This document shows positions 8,913 to 17,124 of a stretch of 64,000 nt of DNA, piece by piece. The position numbers were made by a program, and so were the translations under genes. The notes beneath the pieces are model-generated. The model saw only the letters and a list, made by a program, of their open reading frames with translations. It did not search any database and was not told the DNA's origin. Origin of the DNA: Acidobacteriota bacterium (GTDB taxonomy: Bacteria > Acidobacteriota > UBA4820 > DSQY01). Numbering within the stretch: the first letter of the stretch is position 1; each line of letters starts with the position of its first letter. The stretch lies in NCBI GenBank assembly GCA_049591295.1, contig JBAWEQ010000259.1:25812-89811 (forward strand). Direction: 5' to 3'.

Positions 8913-9832
8913 ACGTGATCCTCCCAATGGCCCAGCAGTTCTGTCTCCCCGTAGCCCGTCACTTCGGGCTCCAGCGTTGCGTGGGTGATGGCCCACTCCT
9001 CGTGCAGGTGCTCCCGGATCTCGTCGAAGAGCTTCTCGGCGGCGCTGGCCGCCATGTCTTGCTCCAAGGCCACGTGGGCCGTGAGCAGGCGCTGACCGGG
9101 GCCGTTCTGCCAGACGTGGAGGTGGTGGAGCCGCACCGTAGGGAAGGCCCTGCCCACGGCCTGGGCGATGGCCTCGGGGTCGGCGCCGGATGGCGCCCCC
9201 TCCATGAGCGTGGAGACGGTCTCCCATACGAGTGACAGGGCGCTGCGCAGGACGGCGAGGCCCACCAGGAGCGCCGCCGCCGGGTCCACGTAGGGCCCCA
9301 TGCGCGTGTGGGCCAGGAGAGCGGCGATGACCACCGCAAGAGAGGCCAGCGCGTCCTGGGCCATATGGAGAAAGGCGCTGCGCACGTTGACGTCGTCTTT
9401 GTCATGGTGTTTCAACAGGAAGACCGACCCCACGTTGGCGAAGAGCGCCACGAGCGCCACGGCAAGCATGAGCCCCTGCTGGACCGGCTCCGGGTGCGCA
9501 AAGCGCACGAAGGCCTCGCGGGCGATGAGAACGGTGATGGCGATGAGGACGACGGCGTTCGAGAGGGCCGCGAGCACCTCCGCCCGCTTGAAGCCGTAGG
9601 TGTGGCGCGCCGTCGGCGCGCGCCGCCCGAAGCGCCGGGCCCAGAGGGCCAGCACCACCGCCGCCACGTCGCTCAGGTTGTGAGCCGCGTCCGACAGAAG
9701 CGCCAGGCTGCCTGATAAGAGGCCGCCGAAGAATTCGGCCAGCGTGATGGCCCCGTTGAGGGCCGCGCTCGCCCAGAGTCTCCGGTCCATGAAGCCGTTT
9801 TCGGGGATCTCGTGGCTGTGGTTATGACTCAT
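8909..9832 (-). CDS. Cation diffusion facilitator family transporter (CzcD/ZitB-like)
   Basis: His-rich N-terminus (MSHNHSHE), six TM helices with an HNLSD motif, and a C-terminal cytoplasmic domain (HLHVWQ). Confidence 0.8.
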   Translation of the reverse strand: MSHNHSHEIPENGFMDRRLWASAALNGAITLAEFFGGLLSGSLALLSDAAHNLSDVAAVVLALWARRFGRRAPTARHTYGFKRAEVLAALSNAVVLIAITVLIAREAFVRFAHPEPVQQGLMLAVALVALFANVGSVFLLKHHDKDDVNVRSAFLHMAQDALASLAVVIAALLAHTRMGPYVDPAAALLVGLAVLRSALSLVWETVSTLMEGAPSGADPEAIAQAVGRAFPTVRLHHLHVWQNGPGQRLLTAHVALEQDMAASAAEKLFDEIREHLHEEWAITHATLEPEVTGYGETELLGHWEDHV

Positions 9833-9863
9833 GATCCGGCGCCCCTCCTGGAATCCCGTCTCC

Positions 9864-9882
9864 GATTTCTGCTTTTCGAATT
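9864..9882. promoter_or_regulatory. TTTTCGAATTCCGAATTTT motif upstream of the CDF gene, candidate ArsR/SmtB-type operator
   Basis: Shares a TCCGAAT half-site with the perfect palindrome at 3499-3516 and sits about 30 nt upstream of the CDF start codon. Confidence 0.3.
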
Positions 9883-9895
9883 CCGAATTTTCCGC

Positions 9896-10507
9896 CTACC
9901 CCTTGTACCCCGAGCACGGGATGCAGTACGGCTTGCCGTCCTTCGTGCGCACGTAGCGTTCGAAAACGAGTTCGCCGCAGCCCGTGCAGATGGCGCTGGC
10001 GAAGGAGCCCTTGGGCGGCTGGTAGTGGAAGTCGGGCCGCTCGGCCACGGAGTAGATCGTCTCACCGGGCAGGCTCAGGCCCCAGTCGATGACCTGCTGG
10101 GTGACGGCCTCCGGGATGCCCGAGGGCTCGATTCCCTTTTTCCGGTAAGTGAAGAATTCGAATCCGCCCATCTCCTTGAGAAACGCGGGTTTCAGGTTGT
10201 AGCGGACGGGGGTCTTGCCTGGATACCAGAAGGTCGCCGCGAGCTTGCCCCAGTAGGTTCTCTCGATGAGAGTCTTGCCGAAAGTGGCGCCCGTGGCGAT
10301 CTGGATGCCGTCCATCAGGCACGTCTGGGGATGCCCCTCGCCCAGCTCGCAGACGACGTGAAGGGCGTGATCCTTCTCCCGCTCGACGCCGAGCTTCTCG
10401 ATCGCCAGGATGCCCATGCGGTAGCCCAACGGCATAAAGGGGCACTTGTGGCCGTGGAACTGGAAAGCCCAGTCGGGTGGCACGAAGTGTTGGTTGGCTT
10501 GAGTCAT
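9896..10507 (-). CDS. FmdE/FwdE-domain protein with C-terminal zinc ribbon
   Basis: FHGHKCPFMPLG motif of the FwdE family, plus a C-terminal CTGCGE...CIPC double CxxC. Confidence 0.65.
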   Translation of the reverse strand: MTQANQHFVPPDWAFQFHGHKCPFMPLGYRMGILAIEKLGVEREKDHALHVVCELGEGHPQTCLMDGIQIATGATFGKTLIERTYWGKLAATFWYPGKTPVRYNLKPAFLKEMGGFEFFTYRKKGIEPSGIPEAVTQQVIDWGLSLPGETIYSVAERPDFHYQPPKGSFASAICTGCGELVFERYVRTKDGKPYCIPCSGYKG

Positions 10508-10540
10508 GATGTAGTCCTCCTTGCTTGATTCTTGGGACGA

Positions 10541-10561
10541 CCCGACGGCCCCTCACCGTGA
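10541..10561. repeat. Perfect 10-bp inverted repeat (GGCCCCTCAC c GTGAGGGGCC), an intercistronic stem-loop
   Basis: Exact palindrome between the AhpD-like gene stop and the FmdE gene RBS. No U tract follows it, so it is more likely an mRNA processing/stability element than a terminator. Confidence 0.5.
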
Positions 10562-10578
10562 GGGGCCTTCCCCCCGGG

Positions 10579-10953
10579 TCAGCGCGCCAAATCCTTGAGC
10601 AGTTCCTCGGCGAACCCGAAGGTCGCAGAGGCCATCAAGTGCCGGGTGATGCGCACGGCGTCGAGGATCTCCGCCTGCGTGGCCCCCGCCTCCCGGGCGA
10701 TGTGGGCCTGTGATCGCGCGCAGAGCGCATCTCCGCGGCCGAGAGCCGCCGCCGTCGCGATGAGGTGGCGGTACTTGGACGGAATGGTGCTGGCCTCCCG
10801 GTTCACGCTCTGGGCCGAATTCATGCCCGTCGCGACGAGCAGATCGGGCGCGAGCCGGTGCAGGAGATCCCCCCACGCCGGGGCGGTGGCTCCCATCTTC
10901 CCTTTCATCATGCCGAGAACCTGGTCGGCGGTCGGCGGCGTCTTCATCTCCAT
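10579..10953 (-). CDS. Carboxymuconolactone decarboxylase / AhpD-like family protein
   Basis: 124-aa all-alpha protein with CMD-family signature residues (ALCARSQAH). Confidence 0.55.
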   Translation of the reverse strand: MEMKTPPTADQVLGMMKGKMGATAPAWGDLLHRLAPDLLVATGMNSAQSVNREASTIPSKYRHLIATAAALGRGDALCARSQAHIAREAGATQAEILDAVRITRHLMASATFGFAEELLKDLAR

Positions 10954-11061
10954 CGTCGTTCTCCCTTTCGATCTTTAGCTTTTGACGGCAGGCCTCTTTA
11001 GGGGCAGGTTCGCCGTTCGTCCGCCACGGGTCGCGCTCTGGAGAGCGCCCCTGCAGCGTCA

Positions 11062-14000
11062 TCAGGAATCTGTCTTCCTCCCAAATCTCCCAGCCACCTT
11101 GGTTTGCAGCGTGTCGAACAGTTCGTAGAACACGGGAACGTAGATCAGCGTCAAGAAGGTGGAGACCGTGAGGCCGCCGATGGCCACCACCGCGAGAGGG
11201 CTGAGCCGCTCCAGGCCGATGGCCCACTGCAGGGCGATGGGAAGCATGCCCACGGCGGTGCCGACGGCGGTCATGAGGATGGGGCGGGTCCTGACTCTTA
11301 CCGAGCCCACCAGGGCGTCGTGGCGGCTCTCCCCGCGAGCCCGCGCCTCCAGGATGAAGTCGATGAGCAGGATGGAGTTCTTCACCACGATGCCCGCCAG
11401 CAGGATCATTCCCATGAAGGAGGGCATGCACGAGTGCTTGCCCGTCAGCAGCATGGCCCACGCGGCGCCGATGATGCCAAGAGGGATGGCCACCATGATG
11501 GTGAGCGGGTGCAGGAAGGACTTGAAGGCCGGCACGAGGGAGAAGTAGAGCAGGATCAGGCCCAGGAGCAGCGCCTTCATGAGGGCCGAAAAGGCTTCAT
11601 CCATGGTCTTGCGCTCGCCCTCGTCCTGAATGGTATACCCCGGCGGCAGCTTCAGCCCCTTGAGCGCGGCTGCCACGTTGTCGTTGATGTGGGTCACGGC
11701 CGCGGTGCTGCGGTAGCCGAGCACGTCCACCGTCTCCTGAAGGTTCTGCCGGGTGTGGAGCGTGGGGACGAAGTCCCGCTCCACGCGGCCCAGGGAGGAG
11801 AGCGGGATGGGGCCGCGCGGGGTGAGGATGGGCAGGGTCGTCAGGTCCTGCGGGTTCTGGCGCCGCTGGGCCCGGGCCTGCACCCAGACGGCGAAGGAGT
11901 CCTGGCCGGGCACCCGGAAGAGCGTGGCCGGAAAACCCTTCACCTGGGCGCTGACTTGGGCCGCGACCATGGCCGCGTCGGTGCCGTAGATGGCCATGCG
12001 GTCGGCGTCGGGGAAGAACCGGTATTCCAGGCGGTCCAGGGTCCACGTCGGGACCACGGCGGTGAGGCCTCCGACCGTCTTGACCCGCTTCGCCACCTCC
12101 TGCTGGAGCTGGGACAGCACCTTGGGATCGGGACCCGAGATCATGAGGTCCACGGTGGAACGGATGGTCGAGAGAGGGGTGGCGCCATAGTCGAACGCGG
12201 CCGGGAAGCGGATCCCGGGGATCTTGAGAAGCCGGTCCTCCACCGCCTTCTCGATCTGCCACATCGTCTCCTTGCGCTGGAAGCGGTTCACGAGGTGCAC
12301 GGTAATGAAGGCCTGCTGGGGGTTTCGGCCGGAGCCGAAGGAGAGGATGCCCGGTTCGGAGCCAAGGGTGGACGAGATCATGGTCACGCCAGGCTGCTTC
12401 TGGATCGCGCCCTCCACCTTCGAGAGCAGGGCCTCCGTCTCCTCCAGGGAGGTGTTGGGGTAGGCCTCGAAGGTGACGCGGAAAATGCCCGTGTCCATGG
12501 GCGGCATGAGGTCCCGCCCGATGAGGGGCATGAGCACCCGGCCCGTCAGCACGAGCAGCATCATGGCCGGAAGGATGAAGAAGATTTTGTGCCCTAGGGC
12601 GAAATCCACGGCCGAAACGAAGAACTCCTGGATGCCATGGAGGATCTTGCCCGTCACGATCTGGTCGAGCTTCAGCTCCCACTTCCATCGCTCCACGCGA
12701 CCGCCGAGCCTGAGGATGAAGGGGGCCAGGATGGGCAGGATGGTCACGGACACGATGTACGAGGCGACGAGTGCGATGGAGAGCGTGAGGCTCAATGGCC
12801 TCAAGACCGTCTGGACAAAGCCGCCGATGAAGATGATGGGGAGGAGTACCACCACGGTGGCGTAAGTGCCCGAGAGGATGGCGAGCATGACCTCCTGCGT
12901 GCCGCCGATGGTCGCCTCCCGGATGTCCTTGCCGAGCTTGTGGTAGTGCCGCTCGATGTTCTCCAGGACGACGATGGCGTCATCCAGGAGCATGCCTACG
13001 CCGAGGATGACCCCCGTCAGCGTCACCAGGTCGAACTCGAAGCCGAAGAGCCACATGAAGGCGAAGGTGATGAGGTAGGTGAAGGGGATGGAGATGCCCG
13101 CCAGCATCATGCCGCGCACGTCCGCGAGGAAGAGAAAGATGACGATGATCGTCATGAGGATGGCGTCGCGCAGGGCGTCCACCATGTTGGAGACGCTCGT
13201 GTGGATCAGTTCGCCCTGCGTGTCGGCGATGGCGAAGTGAATCCCGGGGTACTGCCGCTCAAGGGTGGGCAGTTGGGCCGTCACCGAGGCGATGGTGGGC
13301 AGGGCGTAACCCGACAGGGCCCGCTGGATGTTGATGCCGATGGCCGCCGCCCCGTTGCCGTGGAAGGCCGACAGCCGCTCCTGGATGCTTCTCTCCACCG
13401 TGGCCACGTCGCGGAGGTAGATGGGCGGTCCGGCCCCCGCGCTCACGACGACGTCGCTCACCTCCTCGGGCCGCTTGAACTCCCCCTCGTTCTTGAGGAG
13501 AATGTGGCTCTGGTCCGTGACGAGAAGGCCCTCGGGAGTATTGCGGTTCCAGGCGTTCAGCGCCTGCACGACCTGGCCTGGGCTCAGGTGGTAGGCCTGG
13601 AGCTTGTTCGGGTCCAGTGTGACGCGGATGACCGGCTGGTAAGCCCCGAATACCTCCACGTTGGCCACGTCGGGAAGGCGCAGCAGCGCCTCCTTGATGG
13701 GGTTGTCGGCGAGCTGGCGGATCATGGAGAGGTCCAGGTGGGAGCCTTCCTTGGGCGTCAGCGCGAGGGTGAGGACCGCCGGCGTGGCCGAGGAGACCTT
13801 GTAGACCTGGAAGGGGCGGATGTCCGGGGGCAGGAGGGGCCGGATCTTGTTGAGCGAGTTCGAGACGTCCGTGGCCGCAGAGTCGAGGCCCTTCCTGTAG
13901 CGGAACTCGGCCATGACCACCGAGACCTCGTCGTTGGAGGTGGAGGTCACGCGGCGCACGAGTTCGACGGTCTTCAGCTCCTTCTCGATGACCCGGCTGA

Positions 14001-14187
14001 CGTCCGAATCCACGTCGTCGGCCGAGGCGCCGGGCCAGACGGTGACCACGGCGATCTGGGGCCGCTCGCTGTCCGGGAAGAGGTTGACGGGGAGCTTGAA
14101 GAAGCCCACCACGCCCACCACCGCCAGCAGCAGGACGATGGAGAGGAGCAGGTGGGGCTTCTTGACGTAGCTTTCCACCAGGCGCAT
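11062..14187 (-). CDS. RND efflux transporter permease subunit (AcrB/CzcA superfamily)
   Basis: 1041 aa with 12 TM helices and two large periplasmic loops. The N-terminus reads MRLVESYVKKPHLLLSIVLLLAVVG...FPDSERPQI. Confidence 0.85.
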   Translation of the reverse strand: MRLVESYVKKPHLLLSIVLLLAVVGVVGFFKLPVNLFPDSERPQIAVVTVWPGASADDVDSDVSRVIEKELKTVELVRRVTSTSNDEVSVVMAEFRYRKGLDSAATDVSNSLNKIRPLLPPDIRPFQVYKVSSATPAVLTLALTPKEGSHLDLSMIRQLADNPIKEALLRLPDVANVEVFGAYQPVIRVTLDPNKLQAYHLSPGQVVQALNAWNRNTPEGLLVTDQSHILLKNEGEFKRPEEVSDVVVSAGAGPPIYLRDVATVERSIQERLSAFHGNGAAAIGINIQRALSGYALPTIASVTAQLPTLERQYPGIHFAIADTQGELIHTSVSNMVDALRDAILMTIIVIFLFLADVRGMMLAGISIPFTYLITFAFMWLFGFEFDLVTLTGVILGVGMLLDDAIVVLENIERHYHKLGKDIREATIGGTQEVMLAILSGTYATVVVLLPIIFIGGFVQTVLRPLSLTLSIALVASYIVSVTILPILAPFILRLGGRVERWKWELKLDQIVTGKILHGIQEFFVSAVDFALGHKIFFILPAMMLLVLTGRVLMPLIGRDLMPPMDTGIFRVTFEAYPNTSLEETEALLSKVEGAIQKQPGVTMISSTLGSEPGILSFGSGRNPQQAFITVHLVNRFQRKETMWQIEKAVEDRLLKIPGIRFPAAFDYGATPLSTIRSTVDLMISGPDPKVLSQLQQEVAKRVKTVGGLTAVVPTWTLDRLEYRFFPDADRMAIYGTDAAMVAAQVSAQVKGFPATLFRVPGQDSFAVWVQARAQRRQNPQDLTTLPILTPRGPIPLSSLGRVERDFVPTLHTRQNLQETVDVLGYRSTAAVTHINDNVAAALKGLKLPPGYTIQDEGERKTMDEAFSALMKALLLGLILLYFSLVPAFKSFLHPLTIMVAIPLGIIGAAWAMLLTGKHSCMPSFMGMILLAGIVVKNSILLIDFILEARARGESRHDALVGSVRVRTRPILMTAVGTAVGMLPIALQWAIGLERLSPLAVVAIGGLTVSTFLTLIYVPVFYELFDTLQTKVAGRFGRKTDS

Positions 14188-14189
14188 GG

Positions 14190-15278
14190 CTACCTCCCCC
14201 GGGGGGCCAGCGGCGTTCCGGCGGTCAGGGCCATGAGTTCGCTAGGCAGGCCCGTCACCAGGACGTCTCCCGGCTGAATGGCGCCGCTCACCGTGGCCTC
14301 GGAGCCGCTTTCGCCCGTCACCGCGACGGGCACGGGATCGCTTTTGCCATCCTTCAAGCGGATCACGAGGGTCTCGCCGAGCCCCTGGAGGAGAGCCGAG
14401 GAGGGCACCACGAGACCGCTCTTGGGGGTGGAGGCATAGTGCGCGGCGAGGGTGGCACCCGGCTGGAGTCCGAATGGAGCCTGGGGCAGATCGGTTTCCA
14501 CCGTCCCCAGGTGCGCCGCGTCGAGCGCGGGATAGATTCGTGAGGTTTGGGCGGTCAGGCTCTGGCCTGCGCCGGAAAAGGTCACGGCGTCACCCGCCCG
14601 GAGCGCCGCCAGGGTCTCCTGGGAGAGCTTGGAGATGAGCTTCACCGAACCGGGGACCTGAAGGGTATAGAGCGGTTTTCCGGGAGCGGCCAGATCGCCG
14701 GGCTCCACGAGCCGCGCCGTCACCACGCCCGAGTAAGGGGCGGGCACGTTGGCGTAGCCGCGGAAGGTCCTGACGCTCTGGAGGGCCTTCTCGGCGCCGA
14801 CCTCGGCGGCCTTAACGGCCGCGAGCTGCGCCCCGCTGACGTCGAAGGCCTGTTTGGCGACGGCCTGGTTGTCGAAGAGGATCTTGTCGCGGTCGTAGAT
14901 GGCTTGTTGTTTGGCCAGATCCTCCTTCGCTGCGGAGAGGCGGGCCTGGGCCGCCTGGACGGAGTCCTCCAGCACGCTGGGGTCGATGCGGGCCATGACC
15001 TCGCCCTTCTTGACCGCGTCGCCCTCGCGGAAGCGGACCTCCAGGAGCGCCCCAGACACCTGGGCCGAAACCGTGGCCGAGGTTTCCGAGACGACGAGGG
15101 CCACGGTGTCCACCGCGCTTCCCACGGAACCGTCCTTGACCACCGCCGTGTTCACCGGAATCGGGGGATTGGGCGGCGGCAGCAGATGCCTCAGGACGTA
15201 TCGCTTATGAACGATGACGGCCGCCCCGGCGGCTATGACCGCCACGACGATCAGGATGGCGAGCAGCTTCTTATTCAT
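14190..15278 (-). CDS. RND efflux periplasmic adaptor (membrane fusion protein, HlyD family)
   Basis: N-terminal TM anchor, coiled coil, lipoyl and beta-barrel domains. Lies 3 nt from the RND gene. Confidence 0.8.
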   Translation of the reverse strand: MNKKLLAILIVVAVIAAGAAVIVHKRYVLRHLLPPPNPPIPVNTAVVKDGSVGSAVDTVALVVSETSATVSAQVSGALLEVRFREGDAVKKGEVMARIDPSVLEDSVQAAQARLSAAKEDLAKQQAIYDRDKILFDNQAVAKQAFDVSGAQLAAVKAAEVGAEKALQSVRTFRGYANVPAPYSGVVTARLVEPGDLAAPGKPLYTLQVPGSVKLISKLSQETLAALRAGDAVTFSGAGQSLTAQTSRIYPALDAAHLGTVETDLPQAPFGLQPGATLAAHYASTPKSGLVVPSSALLQGLGETLVIRLKDGKSDPVPVAVTGESGSEATVSGAIQPGDVLVTGLPSELMALTAGTPLAPRGR

Positions 15279-16608
15279 GATCTCCTCCCCGTGCGGTCAC
15301 GAAGGCCAGGTAGTCGACGGCGCTCTGGTAGGCGTAGAGGCCCCGCCAGTAGGCCGTTTCCCCCGCCAGCTCCTCTCCCCTCGCGGCCAGGTAGTCCTCC
15401 ATCTTCCCCGTTCCCTGCTCCAGCTTTAGGTGCTCTACGCGGGCCACCTCCCGGCCCAGACCCCGCTGCGCCTTCCCCGCCTGGTAGAGCGCCTTGGCGG
15501 CTTCGAGGCGGCCCTGGGCGTCGGCCACCTGGGTGGTGATTTCCAGCTCCTTGGCGCGCTCCCGCTGCTTGGCTGCCAAGAGAGTGGCATCCGCCTCCTG
15601 GATGGCGTAGACGCGGCTCAGGCCGTTGAACAGTGGCACCTTCAGCATGAGGGTCCACTCCCTCGTGTCGAGGGGATCCCTGAGCGACGGCGCGTCGTTG
15701 CGGAGGTAGGTGGCCTGCAGGACGAGCTGCGGCGAGAAGGCCTCCAGCGCCAGGTGCTTTTTGTGTTCGAAGATGCGCGTGGCGTCCCGTGAGGCGAGCA
15801 GGTCGCCCCGTCCCGAAAGGGCTGCCCGGGTATTGGCATCCGGAGACGCGGCGGGCGCCGGTGGCTCTCCCTCGACCTCCTCCAGGTCGTAGCCTCCGGC
15901 GGGAGGCTCCCGGCCCATGAGAGCCGCGAGGGTGGCCTGGGCCGTTTCCGACTGGGCGGCGAACTCGGCCACCTGCGCCTCGGCCCCGCGCAGAGCGTAG
16001 GTGACCTTGGCCGCGTCCACGGGAGCCCACGCCCCGACCTTGACCTTGAGCTGCGCGTCGGACTCATCCTTCTCCAGCGCCGCCCGATAGGCCTGCGCCG
16101 CTTCCATGGCGTGCTGGACGATGAGCGCGTTACGGTAGGCCGCGCGGACGTTGTAGCGGATCTGGTCCCGCGTGAAGAGGGCCAGGTGCTCGGAGGCGTT
16201 TCGCGAGAGCCTCGCGATGCGGTCGCCCTCGTGGAGCCCCCCGGCCGCCAGGAGTGGGACCTGCCAGGTGAGGCCGTAGTGGACCTGGTTGCGGTCCCAC
16301 GGAAGCTGGCTCATGCCCAGGGCGGGAACCACGAAGAGCTCCTCGGCCATGGGCACGACGATGCGGTCTCGCTCGAAGTGGTTGTAGACGCCGACCACAT
16401 CCAGCTCGCCGAAGTGGCGCCCGAAGGTCTCCGCCGTTCGCTTTCCGGCCGCCACCGCATCCAGCTTCGCCGCCTGCAATGCGGGATTGGCTGAGAGCGC
16501 CGTGCTTTCGGCTTGCGCAAGGCTCAACGGCTCGGCCGCATGAACCGGCATACAAATCACCGCGGCCAGCAGGCACGCGCCCGCCGCCGCCCTCCAGACT
16601 CTGTTCAT
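15271..16608 (-). CDS. TolC-like outer-membrane efflux protein
   Basis: Signal peptide and the duplicated OEP repeat architecture. Overlaps the MFP gene. Confidence 0.8.
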   Translation of the reverse strand: MNRVWRAAAGACLLAAVICMPVHAAEPLSLAQAESTALSANPALQAAKLDAVAAGKRTAETFGRHFGELDVVGVYNHFERDRIVVPMAEELFVVPALGMSQLPWDRNQVHYGLTWQVPLLAAGGLHEGDRIARLSRNASEHLALFTRDQIRYNVRAAYRNALIVQHAMEAAQAYRAALEKDESDAQLKVKVGAWAPVDAAKVTYALRGAEAQVAEFAAQSETAQATLAALMGREPPAGGYDLEEVEGEPPAPAASPDANTRAALSGRGDLLASRDATRIFEHKKHLALEAFSPQLVLQATYLRNDAPSLRDPLDTREWTLMLKVPLFNGLSRVYAIQEADATLLAAKQRERAKELEITTQVADAQGRLEAAKALYQAGKAQRGLGREVARVEHLKLEQGTGKMEDYLAARGEELAGETAYWRGLYAYQSAVDYLAFVTARGGDHE

Positions 16609-16952
16609 GGCCCCTCCTGCTTCAGGCGTGTCCTGCCCTGATCCGGTCCTACTATTTTGCTGCAGTTTAGGATGGCCGACGCTCTCGGGTCAACGACCTG
16701 GTAGAAGACCTTCGCCCCCTCGCGGCGGTCCGCCACGACCCCGTGGTCCTTCAGGATTCGCAAGTGCCGCGAGAGCGTCGGCTGGTCCGCGCGGCAAGAG
16801 TGCGCCAGGCTGCAGACGCACTCCTTCTCCACCGACAGCAGCCGGATCACGATGGCCAGCCGCAGCGGATGCGACAGATCCCCGAAGAGACGCGCCAGGC
16901 TCTCCCGGCTCCCCGCCCCCTGAAGCTGTCGTGGCCATATATCCATAACCAT
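16605..16952 (-). CDS. ArsR/SmtB-family metalloregulator (alternative longer start at 17000)
   Basis: HTH_5 domain with an ECVCSLAHS metal-site motif like SmtB/CzrA/CadC. A GGAG RBS lies before the MVMDIW start. Its 4-nt overlap with tolC indicates an operon. Confidence 0.65.
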   Translation of the reverse strand: MVMDIWPRQLQGAGSRESLARLFGDLSHPLRLAIVIRLLSVEKECVCSLAHSCRADQPTLSRHLRILKDHGVVADRREGAKVFYQVVDPRASAILNCSKIVGPDQGRTRLKQEGP

Positions 16953-17045
16953 ATGTTCTCCGTCCTTGAAAAAGGCGCCCAAGCGCGCCTTCGGTCTCAA
17001 GGTGCGCCTCGGCGGCGCCGGGCGCCTTGACGCCCGTCAAGAAGG

Positions 17046-17090
17046 GAGAGGTGGGATTGGGGACTACGGATTTTCGATTTGGGAGTTGGG
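17046..17090. repeat. G-rich dispersed motif copy A (GAGAGGTGGGATTGGGGACTACGGATTTTCGATTTGGGAG)
   Basis: 15/16 identity to GAGGTTGGATTGGGGA at 59411. It shares the GGATTTT and GATTTGGG submotifs with that copy and GGTGGG..GGGGACTAC with 3545-3559. Confidence 0.55.
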
Positions 17091-17124
17091 CAGAAGAGGG
17101 TTCTTCGCCTCGCTCCTCCGCCCT

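Noticed and set aside
11104-14277. Long plus-strand ORFs (497 aa at 11104-12597 and 546 aa at 12637-14277), highly charged and rich in Arg/Gly/His/Asp, antisense to the RND pump gene
   Set aside because: Low-complexity amino-acid composition, no RBS, and complete overlap with a strongly supported minus-strand gene. These are typical open antisense frames in high-GC DNA.
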